The notes beneath the pieces were generated by a model. It was not told the DNA's origin and did not search any database. It saw nothing but the letters and a program-made list of their open reading frames with translations. A DNA stretch of 64,000 bases, from NCBI GenBank assembly GCA_035474135.1, contig DATINP010000180.1, positions 20,599 to 84,598 on the forward strand, written 5' to 3'. Within the stretch, counting starts at the first letter, position 1. Every line of letters begins with the position of its first letter. Made by a program: the position numbers and the translations under genes. Below are positions 39,150 to 48,390 of this stretch, piece by piece. The DNA comes from Chloroflexia bacterium. Its GTDB lineage: Bacteria; Chloroflexota; Chloroflexia; QHBQ01; JADMIH01.

Positions 39150-40643
39150 ATGCAAAACAACCGCTGGTTCCAGACGCTGATAATCTTGTTGGTGATTATC
39201 GCCTCGGCGTGGATCGCCGGGCAGGCTTGGGGATTCATAATACAGTTCTCGAACATCCTCATCCTTTTCTTCCTTTCGTGGTTACTTGCGTTTATCTTGC
39301 GGCCTCTCGCCCGCTGGCTCACTGCTCAAGGGTTACCCTATGGCGGCTCGGTGGCCGTGGTTTATGTTGCCCTGACCCTGGCCCTAACCATTAGTGGCTT
39401 CCTGCTTGTGCCTCTTATCACCCAGCAAATAGAGCAACTTATCAAGAACAGCGGCGACTACGCAAATCAGCTAACAGCGTTCGCCCAGCAGATTCAGGAC
39501 ACCCTTAAAAGCTGGGGTGTAAAATCGACTGACCTCGACAATGTTATCTCCGATCTCGTTTCGCAAGGACAAACAGCAGTGCTGGCCGTGCTGCAAAACA
39601 CCCTGCCCGTTTTGCAGAGTATTGCCGCCCTCCTATTCCAGATGGTCTTCCTGTTCCTGGTATCGTTCTATTTCATGAAAGATGGCGATAGGCTAGCGGC
39701 AGGCGTGCTAAAGCTGCTGCCGCCGCGCTGGCAGGACGAGGCCAAGCTGGCCGCGCTGAGCATCGAGCGCAGTTTTGGCGGTTATATTCGCGGGCAAGTG
39801 CTGTTTGCTATCCTCTACGGGATAGTCACCGCTATTATCATGACCATCCCGCCGTTCCAACTCGACTACGTGGTGATTGCCTCGATTGGCGCGGCTCTGT
39901 GCATGATTATCCCTCTCATTGGCGGCCTCATCGCATACATACCGCCTGTGTTCGTTGCGCTCGTGACGCCTGACAAGCCCTGGCCGCTCTTGCTGATCGT
40001 ATTGTTCGTAATCCAGACCATAATGGTGAACGTGCTTGGTCCGCGCATATTGTCGAGTGCCATCGGCCTCCACCCGATTTATGTGGTAGCGGCATTGCTC
40101 GTGGGTGGGCAAATTGCGGGAATATGGGGTGCGTTATTCGGTATCCCGGTGGCGGGCGCGATCAACCTGATAGGGCGTCCGCTATTGCGCCGCCTTCGCT
40201 CGCAAAGCACACTATATGACGATAGCCCTATACGTAGCTTGCCCACCAGCGCCTACATTACAGGCCCCCTGGCTGCGTCTATGGCGAAATCGCAACCCGC
40301 AACACACGCCGACCTGGTAAACACGGCGATGGGTGCTGTTGTCGAAGCGCCCGCCCGCGTGGGATCGGTCGAGCCTGCAACCGCACAGGTGTCTTCGACT
40401 ATAGCGCCAGGGCCTGGCGTGGAGACTGCTGCAGCTTCGACATCGGTACATGCCGATGCGGGCAGTTCACTGCCGATGTCTCCCTCAGACTACTTCGCCG
40501 AGGTCGAGCAGGACGCTGACGAAATGTTGCGTCGCTCGCCCACGCTCTCCGCACGCCTGGGCAAACTCGTGCTGGTACTCGGCTCACGGGCAGTCACCTG
40601 GGGCTGGACAAAGGCGCGCGGCACTATCACTCGAACCAAGTAG
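39150..40643 (+). CDS. AI-2E family transporter (PerM/UPF0118).
   Basis: Eight TM segments in the AI-2E pattern. Start chosen at MQNNRWFQ (ATG 39150). The track ORF begins at 39087. Confidence 0.7.
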   Translation: MQNNRWFQTLIILLVIIASAWIAGQAWGFIIQFSNILILFFLSWLLAFILRPLARWLTAQGLPYGGSVAVVYVALTLALTISGFLLVPLITQQIEQLIKNSGDYANQLTAFAQQIQDTLKSWGVKSTDLDNVISDLVSQGQTAVLAVLQNTLPVLQSIAALLFQMVFLFLVSFYFMKDGDRLAAGVLKLLPPRWQDEAKLAALSIERSFGGYIRGQVLFAILYGIVTAIIMTIPPFQLDYVVIASIGAALCMIIPLIGGLIAYIPPVFVALVTPDKPWPLLLIVLFVIQTIMVNVLGPRILSSAIGLHPIYVVAALLVGGQIAGIWGALFGIPVAGAINLIGRPLLRRLRSQSTLYDDSPIRSLPTSAYITGPLAASMAKSQPATHADLVNTAMGAVVEAPARVGSVEPATAQVSSTIAPGPGVETAAASTSVHADAGSSLPMSPSDYFAEVEQDADEMLRRSPTLSARLGKLVLVLGSRAVTWGWTKARGTITRTK

Positions 40644-40680
40644 CCAGTATGCAGAATATCATGGCCTCATCCAGTAGCGC

Positions 40681-42633
40681 ATGACAGCGGAAGCAGAAGC
40701 ACCTGGATACGCGCCTTCGTCCGGTGGGCCAAGGTCCGATACTCACCCCCTGAGTCGCCTACCCAGTTTCCTGTTTCGAGTACCCCACTGGCTTTGGGCG
40801 GTGCTAGCGTATGCCCTGCTCACGGTGTTCATGACGTGGCCAATTGCTGCCAACCTTGCAACAGAGGTGCCTGGAGGCGGCGATGCCTGGCAGCACATCT
40901 GGAACCTGTGGTGGGTTAAGCACGCGTTGCTGACTCTCCACACAAACCCCTATCACACAGACCTGCTGTACTATCCCGATGGCGTGAACCTCTATTTCCA
41001 CACCCTGGTATTGACCGCGGGGCTCACCGCTATTCCACTTCAGCTTGCCGGCCTGAGCCTGATCACAAGCTACAACCTGATCTTGCTATCCACGTACGTG
41101 CTAGCCGGCCTCGGCGCGTTTCTGCTATGCCGCTACCTTACGCGCAATAGTTGGGCCTCCTTTGTGGGCGGGTTGGTGTTCGCGTTTGCGCCCTACCACT
41201 CGGCGCACCTATTCGGCCACATGAACCTGGCTTCCCTTCAGTGGATTCCTTTCTACGTTCTGCTGTTGTTGAAGGCAATTGGGTGGCCTTCGGCCCTTGA
41301 GCAGCGCGACACCGAGCGTGTTGCGGCGAGAGGCGTGTTGTACAACGCAATCCGCAATCCCTGGTCTGCGGTAGGTGCCGGAGCCCTGCTGGCGGTGAAC
41401 GCCTACACCGAGTGGACCTATGCGATTTTCCTGGTGCTGTTCACGGGGGTTATCCTGGCATGGCGAGTACTGTTGCCGTCCGAGCGTAGGGCTGTTAGCG
41501 CGGGGATAGGGTGGCCCGTGGTAGGAGCCAGGCTGGTGTTGATCGTTGTGACGTTTATGGTGCTGACAGCACCTATTTTCTTCCCCACGTTGGCCGAAGC
41601 CCGGCAAGGCTACGCGCAGCAACCACCGGATGAAACCCTTTTCTATTCGGCCGACCTAGTAAATGGCTTCCTACCGTCGGAGTTGCACCCCATATGGGGC
41701 GGGGCGGCTGCTGATACTGTGTCGCAGATTCCCCCCTATTTGCCGCTAAAGAATACTTCGGAGCGTGACCTGTTCCTGGGGTACACGGTGCTGGTGGTGG
41801 CGGCCTGGGGACTGTGGCGCCTGCGGCGAGATAGACGGGTTGTGTTCTGGGCGTTTGTCGCTGCGCTCATGTGGTTGCTCAGCCTCGGCCCCGTTTTGCA
41901 GGTGCTGGGCAAGACTGTGTTTACGTCGTTTCTGGTGAAGATACCACTGCCCTACTTACTCCTGTATAAACTGCCCCTGTTCAGCATTATGCGCACCCCG
42001 GCACGCTTCACTGTGCTGGTGATGCTGGCCCTCGCAGTGCTTGTGGCATATGCGCTGCGAGCGATTGCAAATGAACGACAGACGGCGGACAACAGACGGC
42101 GGGCGGCGATGGACGGCACCCCACTTACGTCGTCCGTCGTGCGCCGTCTGTCGTTCATCGTCATCCCCGTTCTGATTCTGTTCGAGTTCCTCGCGGTGTA
42201 CCCGATGGTGCCCCCTGGCTGGAATGTGCCGATCTATCAGAAGATCGCGGCGCAACCTGGCAATTTCGCCCTGCTTGAGTTGCCGATACGGCCCTTCGGC
42301 GACTATATGGCCTACCAGACTATACATGGCAAGCCCATCATCGGCGGCTATCTTTCGCGCCAGCCACCCTACCCGTTGCTCGATCAGAACAACGCGATTC
42401 ACTATCTCCTGGATGCTACAGCGCCGGACGATCCCATCGCGGCGTCCATAGAAGGTGGCGTTGGCGAGAGGTCGCTGCGTGACCTCGGCGTGAAGTATGT
42501 GATCATCCGCTGGTGGGCGTTCACCGCCGAGCAAAAGACCGCCATGCAGATCAAGCTGACAAACCTGCTGGCTCGCCCGCCCGATCTGTCCTACCCATCA
42601 GATCAGGTGGACGTGTGGCAGCTTAGTCCATAA
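40681..42633 (+). CDS. Large polytopic membrane protein, hypothetical (possibly GT-C/YfhO-like).
   Basis: More than 12 TM segments with large extracytoplasmic loops. There is no clear signature. Confidence 0.4.
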   Translation: MTAEAEAPGYAPSSGGPRSDTHPLSRLPSFLFRVPHWLWAVLAYALLTVFMTWPIAANLATEVPGGGDAWQHIWNLWWVKHALLTLHTNPYHTDLLYYPDGVNLYFHTLVLTAGLTAIPLQLAGLSLITSYNLILLSTYVLAGLGAFLLCRYLTRNSWASFVGGLVFAFAPYHSAHLFGHMNLASLQWIPFYVLLLLKAIGWPSALEQRDTERVAARGVLYNAIRNPWSAVGAGALLAVNAYTEWTYAIFLVLFTGVILAWRVLLPSERRAVSAGIGWPVVGARLVLIVVTFMVLTAPIFFPTLAEARQGYAQQPPDETLFYSADLVNGFLPSELHPIWGGAAADTVSQIPPYLPLKNTSERDLFLGYTVLVVAAWGLWRLRRDRRVVFWAFVAALMWLLSLGPVLQVLGKTVFTSFLVKIPLPYLLLYKLPLFSIMRTPARFTVLVMLALAVLVAYALRAIANERQTADNRRRAAMDGTPLTSSVVRRLSFIVIPVLILFEFLAVYPMVPPGWNVPIYQKIAAQPGNFALLELPIRPFGDYMAYQTIHGKPIIGGYLSRQPPYPLLDQNNAIHYLLDATAPDDPIAASIEGGVGERSLRDLGVKYVIIRWWAFTAEQKTAMQIKLTNLLARPPDLSYPSDQVDVWQLSP

Positions 42634-42692
42634 GCAAACAGGGAGCGTTGCCTACCACGCTCCCTGTTTGCTTTCTGTTATCGTCGCCGAGG

Positions 42693-45629
42693 CTAAGGCT
42701 CGACAGTAGGGCGCACGGTCGGCTGGGGAGTTTGGGAAGTTGATTGCTGCGTTTGGCTCTGTGATTGTGCGGGGGTGGACGCCCCCTGGGCTGGTATAGC
42801 TGCTTCGTATACCCTGCGGCCCTCTGCTAGATACAGCTTATTCTTGCCTTCGTCCACTGACAGGCCGGACACACTCGTGACCTCCGAATCCGTGGGCGCT
42901 TGCAGGATTGACAGTGTTTTGCCATCCTTGTTTATGCGCGTTACGGTGCCGCCGTCTGACCGTAGAAGATACAGGTTTTGCACGTCGGTACCGGTGTACA
43001 GCAACGTTGGGTCGCTCATGCCTTGTGAGCTTTTCGGCGTGATGGTGGTCGTCAGTTTGCCGCCCTGCATGACCAGTATCTTGCCGTCGGCCAGCGTGAC
43101 ATAGATCGCGCCGTCGATAGCAATGGAGACTGGCGATTGCATAGCCGCCTTCGTGGCGTCGTCGGTTATCCAATCTGCCGGGCTTTCTCCGTACTGCCCC
43201 GACACATACTTGGATATCTGGCCGGGTTTGGCCCCCAGCAGGTACAGGTTGCCGTCGTAGGTGGCTATACCAACCGGCTGCTGGAGCGAGTCTGCCGAGC
43301 CAAGCTGCTGGGCGTTCCACGAGCCGCTATCGGCATTGTAAACGTAGGCAACGAATTGGGTGTCAAGCACGACCGGACTGCCCACACGCAAGGTGATCGC
43401 CAGCAGATCCCCCACTGTCGTCCCATCTACGTTCTCTCCCTTGCTGAGAAGTGGGCTGCACGCCTTGGCCGCTATCTGGCACCTGTAAATACGGTTCACC
43501 GTCTGGTCTAGCGCGTAGAGGTCATTGCCCTGGCCCACGATCTCCAACTTGCCTGGAGCCGGGGCTTGTGAAGGATTGGCGGCGCCCACTCCTGTGGTTG
43601 CGCTAATAGGATTGGCGGCCTGGTCAATTGCGTCGAGGTCAAAGAGCAGGTTCAGCGACGAGAGGCGGGTGATGCCGCGTGCGGTGTCGATTTCGCCATT
43701 TAGCTTCGTTATTAGCGTAGTCGCTTCTTGCGAAGTGGGGTCATCCACGGCCGCCTGGCGGGCCTTGTCCAGGGCGAGTTGCAGTTGCTCGAGGCGATCA
43801 GCATCGGCAACCCCGGTCTGGTTCGCAGACGTTTCCAGGGCCTGTGCGTCGGTCAACAGAGTGTGGGCGGCGGTCCTTTGCGGATTGCCTTTCATGCTGA
43901 TAAGGGAAAAAATCAGGATCCCTCCGACTACAGCAAGCACCCCCACGATAACCAGTCTGAGCGGCAACTGTGTCTTGCCCCCACCGCCTGCTGCAACGCC
44001 CGGTACGCGGCCCGCTATTTTGTCGGGCAGCATCGCTCGCAGAGTATTGCCTGCCAGTGACAACCCACGTTTTCCCAGGTCCCCCGCTATAGTGCGGGCA
44101 CTCGCCCGCGGTGCTTCCATCTCGTCGTCGACAATGCGCATATTGGGCTGGGCCGCCGTGGTTTCGACAGGTGCATCATAGCCCCTTAGGTACACGCTAC
44201 CGAGGTTATCGACATCTTCCGAGTCGCCCAGGAGGCGCGGCTTGTAGACTACATTGGGGGTGGCGTTAAACCTCGGATTATCGAGAGCGGGTGGGGTGTC
44301 TTCCCAACCGTCGAATTGAAGTTCTTCGTCCGGGTCGTCGTAGGTTGCGGGCAATGCTTGCGCGGTCGCGTGCGCCTGGTAGGGTGGCAATTCGGGGGTG
44401 CGCTGGACGAATAACTGAGTTGGTTGTCGCGACCAGATCGCACCGTCGTCGCTGTCGTTCTCGTCTTCCCCAGCCAAGTTGCCGTTTGACGCCGCTACCG
44501 GCTGTTCTGACTGTGGTAGCTGCGCGTTGCTGTGGCTTATCTCCTGGGAGTTGTCGCCGGGGTCGATCGAGTTTGCCTCGGAGCGGCGGCGTGTTAGCCA
44601 TTCCCGTGGGCCGCGCAAAGCCTCTATCAGGGTGCCGGGTTGCTTCGGCGCCTGTGGTTCGTGCGGCGCAGACGCTGCCCCACCGTCCTGGTCTACCCGC
44701 ACAGCAAGCTGCGGGGCAACCGGCACTGTATAATCCACGTCTACGCCGGAAGACACAGGTACGCCCAGTTCCAATACGCACGCGTGTGCTTCTGCGAGGG
44801 TGCGCTCCATCGCAAGCGTGTATAAGGCCTCGGCGATGCCATCGGCATCCTTCCAGGCGAAAGTCTGCTCGGCCCAGTCGCGCTCGATGTAGCGGGCCAG
44901 GTCCGACGAAACAAGGATGACCTTGTCCCCGGCACCAATACGTCTGTAGATCAGGTCTACGTCTACGCCCGGCCCGCTGCCCAGAGGCACCGCAGGATCC
45001 GGGAGGTCGGACACCATGACCGGCAAGTCAAGGTCTGCCTCTTCATCAGTTTCTTCAGCCGCGCTCTCTTCGTCGGCGCTGGCTATGCGGCGGAGGGTAA
45101 CTACCTGTCGTTCCGGCTGCTTCCAGGAGGGAGGTTCAGGCAGCGCGGACAGGACTTCGTTGTGCATAATGTAGGCCTGTGTGGGGGCCATCTGCGCCAG
45201 GTATAAACCGGCGCCATCGGGCCTGATCAGGACGGCGGTCATGCCAACGCGCGTCTTGCGAGTTTTGGATACCTGCCCGGCGTGCGCACTGTTGTGCTCG
45301 GGCCAACCGGTGCTATATTGCAAAACTCGGCTGTTGGCGGCGTCCAGTGCGTTCAACAGGCTGCCGGTCAGACCGAGGGATCGGTCAGAGAAGTAGCCTT
45401 CGATGACGGCGTTCTGCACGAGTCTGCAAGCATCTTCGCCCTGCGCAAAAGTCCCTGCAGGCTCGGTTATGAGCGCCAGGGTGCCGCGCTTCTGTAAACC
45501 GGGCGCTCCGGGGTGCACACACACCGAATAAGCTTCTGCATCAGCCTGTGCCCCACCAAACAGGGCGACTCTCCTACAGCTTAGTTCCAGACGGGCCATA
45601 TAACTCCCCCCATGCGAAATAACCGCCAA
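42693..45629 (-). CDS. Bitopic membrane protein of 978 aa with an N-terminal cytoplasmic degenerate PP2C-like domain, an acidic disordered region, one TM segment and a C-terminal extracytoplasmic repeat domain (beta-propeller-like).
   Basis: TRVGMTAVLIRPDGAGLYLAQMAPTQAYIM resembles the PP2C motif GsTAvvalI...aNvGDSRa with the metal-binding GDS lost. TM segment LRLVIVGVLAVVGGILIFSLI. The C-terminus has reiterated ...LYLL... blades. Confidence 0.4.
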   Translation of the reverse strand: MAVISHGGSYMARLELSCRRVALFGGAQADAEAYSVCVHPGAPGLQKRGTLALITEPAGTFAQGEDACRLVQNAVIEGYFSDRSLGLTGSLLNALDAANSRVLQYSTGWPEHNSAHAGQVSKTRKTRVGMTAVLIRPDGAGLYLAQMAPTQAYIMHNEVLSALPEPPSWKQPERQVVTLRRIASADEESAAEETDEEADLDLPVMVSDLPDPAVPLGSGPGVDVDLIYRRIGAGDKVILVSSDLARYIERDWAEQTFAWKDADGIAEALYTLAMERTLAEAHACVLELGVPVSSGVDVDYTVPVAPQLAVRVDQDGGAASAPHEPQAPKQPGTLIEALRGPREWLTRRRSEANSIDPGDNSQEISHSNAQLPQSEQPVAASNGNLAGEDENDSDDGAIWSRQPTQLFVQRTPELPPYQAHATAQALPATYDDPDEELQFDGWEDTPPALDNPRFNATPNVVYKPRLLGDSEDVDNLGSVYLRGYDAPVETTAAQPNMRIVDDEMEAPRASARTIAGDLGKRGLSLAGNTLRAMLPDKIAGRVPGVAAGGGGKTQLPLRLVIVGVLAVVGGILIFSLISMKGNPQRTAAHTLLTDAQALETSANQTGVADADRLEQLQLALDKARQAAVDDPTSQEATTLITKLNGEIDTARGITRLSSLNLLFDLDAIDQAANPISATTGVGAANPSQAPAPGKLEIVGQGNDLYALDQTVNRIYRCQIAAKACSPLLSKGENVDGTTVGDLLAITLRVGSPVVLDTQFVAYVYNADSGSWNAQQLGSADSLQQPVGIATYDGNLYLLGAKPGQISKYVSGQYGESPADWITDDATKAAMQSPVSIAIDGAIYVTLADGKILVMQGGKLTTTITPKSSQGMSDPTLLYTGTDVQNLYLLRSDGGTVTRINKDGKTLSILQAPTDSEVTSVSGLSVDEGKNKLYLAEGRRVYEAAIPAQGASTPAQSQSQTQQSTSQTPQPTVRPTVEP

Positions 45630-45844
45630 AAAGCGTGCAAAAATTATAGCAGCAGCACCAGTGCTCGGCGGGAGTTATCCACAATAGGAGGCGGCCAGAC
45701 TTGGGACTGGGCTATATGCACTGTCCCCGCGCGAAAGCTGCGTAAGTCCTAGCATATGTTGTATGCTCCATCGTTCGCACGCTTCCCGAATTCTCCGTGA
45801 TGCGGTACACTATTCTCACTAAGAACTTCGGAGGGAACTAGCTC

Positions 45845-47224
45845 ATGTCTGCTGTGGACGAATATATTGACGCGCATTTGAACGAGACTTTGTCGCGATT
45901 GAAGAAGTGGGCCGCACAGCCCAGCATTTCTACCGAACACCTGGGTATCGAGGAAATGGCCAAGCTAGCTGTCCAGGATTTTCGGCGGAGCGGCTTCCAG
46001 GCCGATGTTTACCCTACCGAGGGCCACCCGGTCGTGCTCGCCAGTATTGGGCCGTCCGGCCAGGGTGTGCCCACTCTCCTGGTCTATAACCATTATGATG
46101 TCCAGCCTACGGGCGAGGCTTCAGAGTGGGAATCTGACCCGTTCGACCCGCAAGTACGCGATGGTAAGATGTACGGAAGGGGTGTGGCAGACACCAAGAG
46201 CAATGTAGTGTCCCGCCTGGCGGCCCTCGACGCGATCCGTGCGGTGCATGGCGATCTTCCTATCCGTGTCGTGTGCCTGCTGGAGGGCGAGGAGGAAATC
46301 GGCAGCCCTCACCTTGACCCGTTCATACTGGCGCATCGTGACGAGCTAGTCGCCGATGGGTGTATATGGGAGTTCGGCGGATATACCTGGGAGGGGCGGC
46401 CCAACGTCACGCTGGGCCTGAAGGGAATGTTATCAGTTGAACTGGTGGCTACCACGGCTAACCGCGACCTCCATTCGGGCAACGCCTCGCATGTGCCCAG
46501 CCCAGTTTGGGAGCTTGTATGGGCACTCAACCGCATCAAGACCCCCGATGGCAAGATTCACATACCGGGTTTCTATGATAAGGTGCACGTACCGACGGAC
46601 GCGCAGGAGGCCTTGCTCGGACAGATGCCCGACGACACCGAGCGCGACCGCGTAGCCTGGGGCTTGACCGAATACGTGAACGGTATGAAGGGTATTGATG
46701 TGCTAAGGGCCTCGAACTTTGTGCCCACGGCTAACATACTAGGCATCGAAGCCGGATACAACGGCCCCGGCACCAAGACTGTCCTGCCGCACACAGCGCA
46801 CGCCAAGTTGGATCTACGCCTGGTGCCCGACCAGCATCCCGAGGAGATCTTCCAGGCGCTGACGACTTTCCTCAAGGACGAGGGCTTTCACAACATCGAG
46901 GTAAAGCGGATCGATAACGAGGGCGACCTGTTGCCTGGCATTAGCGACCCCGAATCGCCTTTTGTGCAAACCGTCCTCCGTGCGCTGCGCGAAGCCAATG
47001 GGCAAGAGCCTGTTATAACTCCTTCGTCCGGCGGGTCGGGTCCGGTGGGCGTGTTTGTGTTGCCCCCGCCTGCCGGGTTGGGCCTGCAGATTGCCGCCAT
47101 CGGCACCGGCTACCCCGACACACGCTCGCATGGCCCCAACGAGAATATCCGGCTCGACGACTTCCGGGCGCACATTCATACGTTTGCCCGGCTTGTCGAA
47201 CTAATGGGGGAGGGCAGGCAATAG
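45845..47224 (+). CDS. M20 family peptidase (dipeptidase/ArgE/DapE-like).
   Basis: HYDVQP..., GRGVADTKSN and EGEEEIGS motifs of the M20 metal site. 459 aa. Confidence 0.8.
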   Translation: MSAVDEYIDAHLNETLSRLKKWAAQPSISTEHLGIEEMAKLAVQDFRRSGFQADVYPTEGHPVVLASIGPSGQGVPTLLVYNHYDVQPTGEASEWESDPFDPQVRDGKMYGRGVADTKSNVVSRLAALDAIRAVHGDLPIRVVCLLEGEEEIGSPHLDPFILAHRDELVADGCIWEFGGYTWEGRPNVTLGLKGMLSVELVATTANRDLHSGNASHVPSPVWELVWALNRIKTPDGKIHIPGFYDKVHVPTDAQEALLGQMPDDTERDRVAWGLTEYVNGMKGIDVLRASNFVPTANILGIEAGYNGPGTKTVLPHTAHAKLDLRLVPDQHPEEIFQALTTFLKDEGFHNIEVKRIDNEGDLLPGISDPESPFVQTVLRALREANGQEPVITPSSGGSGPVGVFVLPPPAGLGLQIAAIGTGYPDTRSHGPNENIRLDDFRAHIHTFARLVELMGEGRQ

Positions 47225-47278
47225 GCGGGCGGGTTACACATCTACAGTACGCATCGCCCTTATGTTCCACTTGACATA

Positions 47279-48337
47279 ATGATCGAAACTACCGTTGTCA
47301 TCGTGAACTGGAATGGGGCCCGCTTGCTGCCTGCGTGCCTGTCGGCCCTTGCCCTCCAGACGTACCGCGACTTTGAGTTGGTGCTGGTAGATAACGGCTC
47401 AATTGATGGTTCGTTGGGCCTGCTGGCCGACCTGGAGTCGAACATGCAGCCTGCCTGGCTGGGTGCACCCTTACCTCGCAAGGCACGCATTATTCGCAAT
47501 GACGATAACCTGGGCTTCGCGGAAGGCAACAATGTGGCTCTGCGCGAGCTAGGCACACCCTACGTCGCCTTATTGAACAATGACGCGATCGCGGGCCCTG
47601 ACTGGCTGGCGCACCTGGTGGAGACCATGAAGTCCGCGCTGCCTTCGGTGGGTAGTGTGGCCTCCTCGATGCTCTTTTCGCACAGGCCAGTTGTGGTCGC
47701 CTCTGCCGGGCTTCGAATACATCGCGACGGTGTAGCACTCGATCGTGGTGTAGGGCTGTTGCTGGACGATCTAAAACGAAAAGGGGTGCGACCTGTCTTC
47801 GGAGCGAGCGCGGGCGCTGCGCTCTACCGTAGGGCAATGCTCAGCGATGTTGGACTGCTTGATGCTCGCTTCTTTAGCTACCTGGAAGACGCCGATCTCG
47901 CGTGGCGGGCGCGGAGCAGGGGCTGGAAGGCGCTCCACGCCCCACAGGCCACCGTGTTGCATGAGTACTCTGCAACCGGTGGACACAACTCGGCGTTCAA
48001 GACGACGCTGGTAGCGCGGAACCGGGTGTGGATGCTCTATAAGAATATGCCCGAGGTGCTATTGAGGAGGCACGCGATTGCTATCGCCCGCTACGATGCG
48101 TTCGCTGTGGTGGGTGGCCTGTTGGCCGGTAACCGGCACGTTTTGCGCGGCCGCCTGCAGGGCATCCAACGCCTGCCGCAGTGGCGCACGACGCGCCTCA
48201 AAACCTTGACGTCAGCCCGGCTACACCCCGGCGAGTTAGATGCGATGCTCGCACCTGCCATGACCCCCAGGCAGAATCTCCAGTACCGAAGGAAGCTGGA
48301 TCGACTTGTTTCGCGGACCAAAGAACGGAATTCTTAG
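47279..48337 (+). CDS. GT2 family glycosyltransferase.
   Basis: TTVVIVNWNG, VLVDNGSIDGS and LEDADLAWR motifs. Confidence 0.75.
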   Translation: MIETTVVIVNWNGARLLPACLSALALQTYRDFELVLVDNGSIDGSLGLLADLESNMQPAWLGAPLPRKARIIRNDDNLGFAEGNNVALRELGTPYVALLNNDAIAGPDWLAHLVETMKSALPSVGSVASSMLFSHRPVVVASAGLRIHRDGVALDRGVGLLLDDLKRKGVRPVFGASAGAALYRRAMLSDVGLLDARFFSYLEDADLAWRARSRGWKALHAPQATVLHEYSATGGHNSAFKTTLVARNRVWMLYKNMPEVLLRRHAIAIARYDAFAVVGGLLAGNRHVLRGRLQGIQRLPQWRTTRLKTLTSARLHPGELDAMLAPAMTPRQNLQYRRKLDRLVSRTKERNS

Positions 48338-48390
48338 GCGAAATAGCAAGCTTTCCGGTTTACGATCTAAGACCTAAGATCTGTGACTTG

